A DNA stretch of 15,538 nucleotides, filler included, from an uncultured Methanosarcinales archaeon (lineage in GTDB: Archaea > Nanobdellota > Nanobdellia > Woesearchaeales > CAYPCY01), in the NCBI GenBank assembly GCA_964409385.1. It is 3 parts of 3 records of this genome, joined end to end, with 100 filler letters (N's around TTAATTAATTAA, not from the genome) between each part and the next. Parts side by side here need not be neighbours in the genome. Positions count along the whole stretch, not along the records: positions 7,316 to 12,263 come from CAYPCY010000012.1; positions 12,364 to 15,538 come from CAYPCY010000014.1; 1 more part is not named here. The stretch is one strand, 5' to 3'. How positions within the stretch are numbered: position 1 is the stretch's first letter; each line of letters opens with the position of its first letter. Under the pieces are notes generated by a model. The model searched no databases. It saw only the letters and a list, made by a program, of their open reading frames with translations, and was not told where the DNA came from. Shown one piece after another: positions 8,610 to 15,538 of the stretch. Both the position numbers and the translations under genes were made by a program.

Positions 8610-8876
8610 TTATTTTTTGTTAGGTACCTTATTAGTTTTTATAATATTGCCGCAGGTGCATTTTACCGGGAAGTTTTCGGTGAATAACGGTTTTGAACAT
8701 TCATCGCATTGGATGCCGTAAACTTTAACTTCATTATCATCTTCTGACAAGTAATCAAATATACTGTCTGCAAAACAGTCCATGCAAATATTTAACATTT
8801 TATCCTTGTAAATATATGGTAGGATTGCTGAATCATTACTTGAGGCTTCACAAAAGTTACAGTTTGTTTTCATCAC
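8610..8876 (-). CDS. Small double zinc-finger/ribbon protein
   Basis: CNFC...CMDC and CDEC...CTC; overlaps the argS stop by 4 nt (ATGA). Confidence 0.8.
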   Translation of the reverse strand: MMKTNCNFCEASSNDSAILPYIYKDKMLNICMDCFADSIFDYLSEDDNEVKVYGIQCDECSKPLFTENFPVKCTCGNIIKTNKVPNKK

Positions 8877-10531
8877 ATTTCCTCCGGTGCTTTAATTCCG
8901 AGTAATCCAAGTCCATTTTTAAGTGTTTGTCTTACACAATCAACTAGTAATAATCTTGATTTCATAATACTTGTTTTTTCAGAGATTACTGGGCATTTAT
9001 GATAAAATTCGTTAAATGATTGGGCTAGACTTATTAAATAATTAGCTGTATGGTGTGGTTTGTAAGATGTTGATGTTTTAACTAGTGTTTCTTTGAATTG
9101 ATTTAATAATTTCAATAGTTCCTTTTCTTCCTTTAATGAATAGTTTAATTCTTTTGTTGAAATTCCCTGTTCTGCCTTTCTTAATATTGATGCTGCCCTT
9201 GCATGAGTGTATTGTAAGTAAGGAGCTGTCTCTCCTTCAAAAGATAACATTCTATCCCAGTCAAAATCAATATTTTTTATTCTGTCATTGCTCAAGTCTG
9301 AGAATATTATTGCTCCAACACCAACTTGCTTTGCTACTTCTTGCTTGTTTTTTAGTTTAGGGTTTTTTTTCTCTATAATCTTACTCGCTAATTTTATTGA
9401 CTTGTTTAATACTTCTTCAAGGAAGATAACATTTCCTTTTCTTGTTGACATTTTTCCTTCTGGAAATTTGAAAAGGCCAAAGTCAATATGTTCTAGCTTG
9501 TCTTTAATACCATATTTATTTAGTACTAAAAATAGTTGTTCAAAATGTAGTTTATGTTCAGAACCAACAGTGTATAACACTTTATACGGCTTGTAAGTTT
9601 CTAGTCTGTAGAATGCCGCGGCTAAGTCTCTAGTATGATAAGTTGATGATTTATTGCTCTTAATTAATATTAATGGTGGCATATTATGTTTTTTCAAATT
9701 CACTACTAATGCATTCTCAGACATTTCAGTTTTAACTTTCTTTTCTAGTTTCTTAATTGCTTTTTGCATCTTATTATTATAGAATGATTCACCATGTTGA
9801 GAATCGAATTCAACATCTAAAATTCCGTAGATTCTATGAAATTCTTCAAGGCTTAATTCCTTGAATAACTCCCATAATTTTATTGATTGTTTATTATTAT
9901 CTTCTAGTTTCTTAAATTCTGTTCTTGCTTGTTCTTGAAGTTCCTTGTTTTTTTCTAATTCTTTATGAAATTTAACATATAATTTTAGTAAGTATTTTAT
10001 TGGGTCTTTTTCTAAAATCTTTTTATTACCCCACTTATTATAAGCAACTATTAACTTACCAAATTGAGTTCCCCAATCTCCTAAGTGATTAACGCTTATT
10101 ACTTGATAGTTTAGAATGTTGAATACTTTTGCCAGAGAAGTTCCAATAACTGTACTTCTTAAATGACCAACACCAAATGGTTTTGCAATATTTGGAGATG
10201 AGAATTCAAGAACTATCTTCTTCTTTTTACCAATGTTTTGCTTTCCGAACTTATCCTTATCCACCATTATTTCTTTAAGAATATTTGTTAAATGACTTAT
10301 TTTTAGGAAGAAATTAAGATAAGATCCTTTAACCTCTATCTTTTCAATGTTTTTCTTGTAATAAATTGTTGTTTTGATCTTTTTTGCGATAGTGTTAGGA
10401 TCCTTCTTTAATTTAAAACAAGGCAGGGCTAAATCCCCCAGATTATTCTTTGGAGTTTCAAAATCTTCAGGCTTTGTTTTATACTTTAACTTATTTAGTT
10501 CTTTAGAAAGTTCTTCTTTAAATTCTTGCAT
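8873..10531 (-). CDS. argS: Arginyl-tRNA synthetase
   Basis: EFSSPNIAKPFGVGHLRS, NHLGDWGTQFG, GES, Y-x-TRDLAA, KMSTRKG, YLQYTHAR, FYHKCPV, LGI-x-APEEM. Confidence 0.98.
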   Translation of the reverse strand: MQEFKEELSKELNKLKYKTKPEDFETPKNNLGDLALPCFKLKKDPNTIAKKIKTTIYYKKNIEKIEVKGSYLNFFLKISHLTNILKEIMVDKDKFGKQNIGKKKKIVLEFSSPNIAKPFGVGHLRSTVIGTSLAKVFNILNYQVISVNHLGDWGTQFGKLIVAYNKWGNKKILEKDPIKYLLKLYVKFHKELEKNKELQEQARTEFKKLEDNNKQSIKLWELFKELSLEEFHRIYGILDVEFDSQHGESFYNNKMQKAIKKLEKKVKTEMSENALVVNLKKHNMPPLILIKSNKSSTYHTRDLAAAFYRLETYKPYKVLYTVGSEHKLHFEQLFLVLNKYGIKDKLEHIDFGLFKFPEGKMSTRKGNVIFLEEVLNKSIKLASKIIEKKNPKLKNKQEVAKQVGVGAIIFSDLSNDRIKNIDFDWDRMLSFEGETAPYLQYTHARAASILRKAEQGISTKELNYSLKEEKELLKLLNQFKETLVKTSTSYKPHHTANYLISLAQSFNEFYHKCPVISEKTSIMKSRLLLVDCVRQTLKNGLGLLGIKAPEEM

Positions 10532-10567
10532 TTTATTAATAGTTGAAGAATTAATTAATAAACTTTT

Positions 10568-10864
10568 TTAATTTTCTTGTGATAAATCAGTATATAATTT
10601 GTAAGCTTTTAATTGAGCCCTGTTAAGATCCTGATTAAAACCATCTAGAACATTATAGAATTCAGATGTTTTAGACAAGTTCTTATTTTGTCTATAAATT
10701 AAGTTTTTAGAATTGCTTGTTAATCTGTCTACTTCACAAAGTTTATTCATAGCATAATCCTTAGAAAAACCATGACCATTCGCCAACTCTTCAAGATTAG
10801 AATCTACTTCTTCTAAATTACTTGAAATTTTATTCGTTAATTTTCTAAAATTTTGGAAATCCAT
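10568..10864 (-). CDS. Hypothetical helical protein
   Basis: 98-aa ATG ORF filling the intergenic space, co-oriented with argS. Confidence 0.65.
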   Translation of the reverse strand: MDFQNFRKLTNKISSNLEEVDSNLEELANGHGFSKDYAMNKLCEVDRLTSNSKNLIYRQNKNLSKTSEFYNVLDGFNQDLNRAQLKAYKLYTDLSQEN

Positions 10865-10973
10865 TCTTGAAGGGAATGTGAAGGTGAATATAAATGTAAC
10901 TCTTCAGAATGAAAAATTTTTATTGAATTCTTCTATTCAAAAAGTTTATATTATTCAATGCATTCTTGTTATT

Positions 10974-11171
10974 ATGAGCTTGACAGACTTGTTGATTAAT
11001 ATTCCTTGGAGAATGGTTAGACAAAGAAGAAGATTAACTTCTCAAAAAAATATTGAATTATACATGTTATCTTGTGGTAATGATAAGAAAGAATATTTTG
11101 TTTCTAAAATGGACGAGTTAAAAAGACAATATTGGGATGTTTCAACATATGAAGAGTATGTGAAAGAGTAA
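10974..11171 (+). CDS. Hypothetical protein (65 aa)
   Basis: Lies within track ORF 10878-11171; ATG 10974 preferred because TTTATA at 10945-10950 sits at promoter distance. Confidence 0.55.
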   Translation: MSLTDLLINIPWRMVRQRRRLTSQKNIELYMLSCGNDKKEYFVSKMDELKRQYWDVSTYEEYVKE

Positions 11172-11327
11172 TTAGTTTGATGGTGAAATTATTATGTAAG
11201 CATTCTTGCTGAAGTCGTATTCATTAACTGAAATATCATCTTCAATACTCAAGTTTAAAATAATATCAGGATTTAAATGTTATGTATTTAGTTAGCTTTT
11301 TATATTCATTCTATTACTTCTTAAAAT

Positions 11328-11471
11328 ATGGGAAGAAAAACCAAACGAAGAACATTCTTGAAATCAGGAAAGGTTAAAGGATACAAAAAAAGAATAAGTA
11401 ATTCCAGAAATGCACAAAGAAGAATAAAAGATAAATTCTTCATGGACCTAAAAGCAAAAGACAAAGAATAA
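11328..11471 (+). CDS. Small highly basic protein (47 aa; absent from the ORF track)
   Basis: MGRKTKRRTFLKSGKVKGYKKRISNSRNAQRRIKDKFFMDLKAKDKE*; TTTTTATA at 11297-11304. Confidence 0.65.
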   Translation: MGRKTKRRTFLKSGKVKGYKKRISNSRNAQRRIKDKFFMDLKAKDKE

Positions 11472-11479
11472 TTTACTAG

Positions 11480-11878
11480 TTACTCATCATTAAAAATAGT
11501 ACCATTAAAAGAATTTCTCTTAACATCATAATCATACATTTTGAATCTTTTACTATATGTTTTAAATGTTTTAGAAGGAATATCCTTACTATGCATAATT
11601 AGTTCGTTCCAAGTAGTTTTAAAAACACTAAATACTACACTTTTTAACCTTCTTAATTCCTTTTGATACTTTCTAAATTCACCCATTAATAACCGTTCAT
11701 TAGCTAATTTAAACTTTAAAGAAGAATACTCACCATACAATTTATCTGCAATATCAAAATTATTATTTATTGCTTTAAGTTTATCCTCTAAAGACATATT
11801 CTCCCTATATTTTTTTTCTCTTTCCAGTTTATGTCTATTATAACTATCAATTATAGACTCATCCCTATAATGTTTCAT
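11480..11878 (-). CDS. Hypothetical basic coiled-coil protein
   Basis: 132-aa ORF with a TATA-like box about 25 nt upstream. Confidence 0.65.
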   Translation of the reverse strand: MKHYRDESIIDSYNRHKLEREKKYRENMSLEDKLKAINNNFDIADKLYGEYSSLKFKLANERLLMGEFRKYQKELRRLKSVVFSVFKTTWNELIMHSKDIPSKTFKTYSKRFKMYDYDVKRNSFNGTIFNDE

Positions 11879-11912
11879 ACTATAAGAATAATAAATACAA
11901 TTAAAAACTTAA

Positions 11913-12203
11913 CTAATCAACTCTAGATTCTAAATCAGAAAATTTAAATCCCCTCTTAACACCCTTAACTAAATATTGATGTATTCTATAATCACTATAA
12001 GAATCAAACTCTCTCTTTATAGCTAAAGACTCATAATAATCACTAACAGACTCAAAACCCTTAGAAAAAACAACAATATTCCTTCTTGAAGTGTTATATT
12101 CTTTAGCTAATGTTTTTTGTGTATAAACCCTCTTTCCACTATCATCCCTTAAAGCATACTTAAACCGAATTTCATCTCTAACCACTTTTGAAAATTTAGG
12201 CAT
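11913..12203 (-). CDS. Small HTH-like DNA-binding protein
   Basis: YTQKTLAKEYNTSRRNI resembles an HTH; internal repeat GFESVSDY/EFDSYSDY; TTTAAAAA at 12226-12233. Confidence 0.6.
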   Translation of the reverse strand: MPKFSKVVRDEIRFKYALRDDSGKRVYTQKTLAKEYNTSRRNIVVFSKGFESVSDYYESLAIKREFDSYSDYRIHQYLVKGVKRGFKFSDLESRVD

Positions 12204-12208
12204 GCCAA

Positions 12209-12418
12209 ATATTATCTTTCATAAGTTTAAAAAGATTACTTAAAAGAATAAATGCTCCGTACGNNNNNNNNNNNNNNNNNNNNNNNNNNNNNNNNNNNNN
12301 NNNNNNNTTAATTAATTAANNNNNNNNNNNNNNNNNNNNNNNNNNNNNNNNNNNNNNNNNNNNATATTATCTTTCATAAGTTTAAAAAGATTACTTAAAA
12401 GAATAAATGCTCCGTACG
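12209..12418. other. 55-nt exact contig overlap (12209-12263 = 12364-12418) around an artificial linker (12264-12363)
   Basis: Identical ATATTATC...TGCTCCGTACG on both sides of N44-TTAATTAATTAA-N44; the length matches a k=55 assembly-graph overlap. Confidence 0.95.
12408..12418 (-). repeat. Putative att site: tRNA 3'-end fragment
   Basis: Minus strand CGT-ACGGAGC-A fits T-stem end, acceptor 3' strand and discriminator of a GCTCCGT-starting tRNA; followed by T-rich TTTATTCTTTT. Confidence 0.55.
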
Positions 12419-12495
12419 AGCAAAGGGTGTTTTTGTAAAAATTCCCATTCGTTGAATTTCCTTTATTTTCTTGTGATATTCTTAATGAATCTGAT

Positions 12496-13383
12496 TTATT
12501 TATCTTCTATTATTTCTTGTGTGAATTCTTTTTCATACTGGTGTAATCTTCCATATCTATGAATAAACTCTTTATTTAATTTTTCTATTAATTCCTTATC
12601 TTTTGATACTAACTCATTTTGTATTTCTCTTGTTTTCTCTTTTTGTTCTTTCTGTAACTCTTTATATTTTTCTTCATCTATTGATTTCTTTTCAAACTTT
12701 AAAGCATTCTTCTTATCAAACCATAACCTCATTATTGAAGATTTAAATATTCCTGTCATACTAAATGCTCCAGTCATTTCAGCAATAAACATTAATTCAT
12801 GAAAGAAGTTCTGAACTTCTTTTTCAAACTCTTCTCTTTCTTTTTTATTACTTATCAACTTAATTATTTCTTCAGTTGGTTCTTCCACATCAATGTCGTA
12901 GAATGCCATATCAAGCAATGAAACATTTATTGTATCACTAAAGGATTTAAACAAGCCTTCAAGTGTTGTTGGTGGCTTATCTAAAGGAGTGAATAAAGTT
13001 GATTGACTCATTAATTTAACTAAGAATTCTCCAAATAATGCAGTTCTTTTCTTCTTGAATAAGTTACCAGAATTAAAGAATTCAGGATTTCTTTCTTCGA
13101 TTGTGAGCTTATACTCTTCTTTAAACCATTTCCAGAATATTGAAGTTAGTTTATCTCCGTTTATTTTGTATCTTTTAGTATTATGTTGATTCGCCTTCCT
13201 TAGTTTAATTCTTTGAATAAAGCCTTTACCTTCTAAAATTAGTAATTGCTTGTGAGTGTTTGGAGTCTTCTTATCTATTATTTTAGAGATTCCTTCAGCA
13301 TAAGCCTTCTTTGGTTCATCAGCTATTGCTACTAAAATCCTGTAATAAACTTTATTCTTTGGTATTTCAATAAAATGTTTCAT
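12496..13383 (-). CDS. Winged-HTH transcriptional regulator (repressor-like) with C-terminal helical domain
   Basis: YRILVAIA...YAEGISKIIDKKTPNTHKQLLILEGKGFI...KRYKIN wHTH pattern; SD AGAGGAG at 13389-13395. Confidence 0.75.
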   Translation of the reverse strand: MKHFIEIPKNKVYYRILVAIADEPKKAYAEGISKIIDKKTPNTHKQLLILEGKGFIQRIKLRKANQHNTKRYKINGDKLTSIFWKWFKEEYKLTIEERNPEFFNSGNLFKKKRTALFGEFLVKLMSQSTLFTPLDKPPTTLEGLFKSFSDTINVSLLDMAFYDIDVEEPTEEIIKLISNKKEREEFEKEVQNFFHELMFIAEMTGAFSMTGIFKSSIMRLWFDKKNALKFEKKSIDEEKYKELQKEQKEKTREIQNELVSKDKELIEKLNKEFIHRYGRLHQYEKEFTQEIIEDK

Positions 13384-13417
13384 TAGTTCTCCTCTGTAGT
13401 ATTATATTATTGCCTGT

Positions 13418-13470
13418 TATTATCATAATAGTTCTAATTTATAAATATTTCCCCAATATTACACTTTAAG
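13418..13470. promoter_or_regulatory. Divergent promoter region with candidate operator
   Basis: Palindrome TATTAT-C-ATAATA at 13418-13430, TTTATAAA at 13438-13445, TTTAAG near 13465-13470. Confidence 0.45.
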
Positions 13471-13511
13471 ACCTAACATATAATAGTATTGAGGGGTTTT
13501 GGAGTAAAAAA

Positions 13512-13655
13512 ATGAGAAAAAGGTTAAGAGATAACTTATCTAAAGAAGACGAATTTCTACAAGCTTATGCTGAACTAATGAAAACATTCAAAGACATTAC
13601 TGATTCTGCTCAGGTTTCACAAGAAAAAGAAAAGGGTAATGAGAGAAATGATTGA
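13512..13655 (+). CDS. Small hypothetical protein (47 aa; absent from the ORF track)
   Basis: MRKRLRDNLSKEDEFLQAYAELMKTFKDITDSAQVSQEKEKGNERND*; GGAG at 13501-13504; ATGATTGA overlap with the next gene. Confidence 0.65.
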   Translation: MRKRLRDNLSKEDEFLQAYAELMKTFKDITDSAQVSQEKEKGNERND

Positions 13656-13836
13656 ATCTAAACCTGAACAAGCCTTCTGCAGTTGGAAAGATGAGACCGA
13701 CTCTATTCACAGCACTTATGTAACTCTCCTGAAAGTAACTGAGAGGTATGTCGAGATAGAAACTAAATCTTCAATAATTATTATTCCTATGCATAGGCTA
13801 CTCAAACTTAAGAGGAAAATACAAAATGGCCAGTAA
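13648..13836 (+). CDS. Small beta-barrel protein, possibly Sm/LSm-like
   Basis: Beta-rich LLKVTERYVEIETKSSIIIIPMHRLLKLK resembles an Sm2-type pattern; start 13648 or 13639. Confidence 0.55.
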   Translation: MIESKPEQAFCSWKDETDSIHSTYVTLLKVTERYVEIETKSSIIIIPMHRLLKLKRKIQNGQ

Positions 13837-14764
13837 AAAAAATAAGAATCTAATAATAGATAAATTTTGGAAGAAACATAATGTTACTAGCAAAAAAACT
13901 CTAATCCTTAAGAAAGATTTTTTGGGTATGTTAAATGAACTACCATTATCTGAAGAGCCAGATTATAGAAGAGCAGTTACTAAGCATAGAATAGGAGAAG
14001 TTTTACTTATCTTAGCAAGATTTCCAGGGCTTCCTTTCATAAAAATAAAAGAGTTAACTGGTCATTACAATGTTATTTTAAACAGATTATTAAGACAACT
14101 CAGCCCTTATATTACAATAGTTAATCCAAAAAATCCTGAAGTAAAGGATATTCATAAAGTATTAACTCAAATAAATCCGTCTACAAAAAGTCATTATGGC
14201 CGTTATTATATCCTAAACCTTAATGCAAAACTTGCAATGAATAAGGTTAGCAATAATTTTAAAGAACAAATAACCGAAGTAGCAAGTCCTTATCTTCTAC
14301 AAAATATTGAATTGTTAAAGCAAGAGTTAGAAGCTAAGGCAGAAGAAATTAGAACTGCAACATTAACTCAAAGAATGGCGTTGATTAAGAAAGAAATTTC
14401 TTCAAAGCCAGAAAGGTTTGAAGCATTACTAAAGCTTCAGCTCGTGAAAGGACTAAAAATTACACGGGAAGAGCTGAAGCTTATCTTGCAAACTTCTGAG
14501 ATTCTTTCAGTAACTGCGAGGGATTCAACAGTTAAAAAATGGATTTCATTCGCAATTAGTCATAAATGGTTAAGGCCACAGTATGATAAACCAATGACTC
14601 CCTATATATTAAATAAACAGAAACTTTTATTTCCCAACGAAAAAGAGCCAGAGCCAAAGCCAAAGCCAGAACCGAAACAACTAACGGCTGAAGAGGAGGC
14701 TGATTTAATTCTTGGAGCAGTACCATCTAATGAGGTTGAAAATGAGAAAGAAAAAAAGAAATAA
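13826..14764 (+). CDS. Putative DNA-binding protein with two wHTH-like regions, a coiled coil and a Pro/Glu/Lys tail
   Basis: IGEVLLILARFPGLPFIKIKELTG...LNRLLRQL; ITREELKLIL...DSTVKKWI...KWL; EPEPKPKPEP; overlaps both neighbours. Confidence 0.65.
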   Translation: MASKKNKNLIIDKFWKKHNVTSKKTLILKKDFLGMLNELPLSEEPDYRRAVTKHRIGEVLLILARFPGLPFIKIKELTGHYNVILNRLLRQLSPYITIVNPKNPEVKDIHKVLTQINPSTKSHYGRYYILNLNAKLAMNKVSNNFKEQITEVASPYLLQNIELLKQELEAKAEEIRTATLTQRMALIKKEISSKPERFEALLKLQLVKGLKITREELKLILQTSEILSVTARDSTVKKWISFAISHKWLRPQYDKPMTPYILNKQKLLFPNEKEPEPKPKPEPKQLTAEEEADLILGAVPSNEVENEKEKKK

Positions 14765-14981
14765 TAAAAATAAAAATAATATTATTACTGAAGGTGTTAT
14801 AGTTAATAATCATGAATTATCAAGACTTGCTCTTGGCTTTAGTGATGTAGTTTCTGGAGTTACAATTAGAGATGTGAATATCGAATCAAAGGGAGTGGAT
14901 AGTAAAGACTGCAAGAACGGATTCAATTATATTGTTAAGCAATATCTAAAATTAAAAAATGAAGAGGAGAAGAATGAGTAA
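14742..14981 (+). CDS. Hypothetical protein
   Basis: GAGGT at 14732-14736 favours ATG 14742; ATGAGTAA overlap with the next ORF. Confidence 0.65.
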   Translation: MRKKKRNNKNKNNIITEGVIVNNHELSRLALGFSDVVSGVTIRDVNIESKGVDSKDCKNGFNYIVKQYLKLKNEEEKNE

Positions 14982-15462
14982 GTTTGAAGATACTGAAACC
15001 ACTAATTTCTCTTACGGAAAGGAAGGAATATCATTCAAAGATATAATACTGAATCACTTGAAGAGAATTAGTGAATTCTCCAGTGTTGAATTTAGGGGTG
15101 GTTACTGGGAAGAGAAGCAGATTCATCTTGGTAGTGGAAATTTCCAGACGGAAAGAACTTATGTTCCAGATTCCAGAGAAATTTATACTAATGCAGTTGA
15201 TGTCTTGGCAGACTTGTTATATCCTCATTTTGATAGTGAGATGAAGAAAGCAGAAGAATACTTACTTGAAGAATGGCGTGTTTGGACTGATGCTCATTCT
15301 GATGAAAAAGGATTCATTACTGATGAAAAAGGAAAAATAACTAATGAAGCAGTTCAGATTCAACGAAATAAAAAACGAGGAAATAGGAAACTACTCTTCA
15401 GACAAATTTGTTGTTTCCTTTATAGAAAGAAATACTTGGACATGGGAAGTATAGAAAACTAA
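14974..15462 (+). CDS. Hypothetical protein
   Basis: GAGGAG at 14964-14969 favours ATG 14974; globular-looking sequence with EFRGGYW and YVPDSRE. Confidence 0.8.
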   Translation: MSKFEDTETTNFSYGKEGISFKDIILNHLKRISEFSSVEFRGGYWEEKQIHLGSGNFQTERTYVPDSREIYTNAVDVLADLLYPHFDSEMKKAEEYLLEEWRVWTDAHSDEKGFITDEKGKITNEAVQIQRNKKRGNRKLLFRQICCFLYRKKYLDMGSIEN

Positions 15463-15538
15463 ATGGTATTTACGACAGAAAGAAAGGATAAGAAAGTGAA
15501 ATACTGGATTGAGTATATACTAAGTAGGATTAAAAAAA
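15463..15538 (+). CDS. 5' fragment of the next operon gene (runs off the window)
   Basis: TAA-ATG junction; MVFTTERKDKKVKYWIEYILSRIKK is open to the window edge. Confidence 0.6.
   Translation, partial: MVFTTERKDKKVKYWIEYILSRIKK

Larger units (their letters stand above)
12408..15538. mobile_element. End of a putative provirus/integrative element
   Basis: att-like boundary, repressor-like gene divergent from a tightly overlapping operon of unknown ORFs, SD usage unlike the host genes; no integrase or capsid gene visible in the window. Confidence 0.6.

Noticed and set aside
9136..10571. Plus-strand ORFs 9136-9360, 9288-9596 and 10374-10571
   Set aside because: Antisense shadows of argS.
11172..11279. 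Minus-strand open stretch HLNPDIILNLSIEDDISVNEYDFSKNAYIIISPSN
   Set aside because: No ATG and very short; could be a gene remnant but cannot be supported.
12209..12418. 55-nt direct repeat as a biological duplication
   Set aside because: It flanks the linker exactly and is best explained as an assembly k-mer overlap, i.e. one genomic copy.
14645..14676. GAGCCA/AAGCCA short tandem repeats
   Set aside because: They encode the EPEPKPKPEP linker; not iterons or CRISPR.

Overview
AT-rich archaeal DNA, most likely a DPANN/Nanoarchaeota-group genome (Woesearchaeota/Pacearchaeota-like), judged from a 16S 5' end reading TTCCCGTTGATCCTGCGGGA and archaeal PCNA, MetAP2, Mre11 and eL41. The window is three contigs joined by artificial 100-nt N/TTAATTAATTAA linkers (1-7215, 7316-12263, 12364-15538). 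Contig 1 is housekeeping: GNAT, hisS, map, deoxynucleoside kinase, signal peptidase I, PCNA, an MCM-family AAA+ protein lacking the N-terminal domains, and partial mre11. Contig 2 holds the 16S rRNA 5' fragment, an uncalled eL41/eS32 gene, tRNA-Gly(GCC) with a displaced copy of its 3' end, a Zn-finger protein, argS and small hypotheticals. Contigs 2 and 3 share an exact 55-nt overlap ending in a tRNA-3'-end-like sequence (CGTACGGAGCA, minus strand). Beyond it lie a wHTH regulator and a divergent, SD-led, translationally coupled operon of unknown genes. I infer this is the end of a provirus or integrative element inserted in a tRNA gene. No database searches were run; all family calls come from motif recognition.
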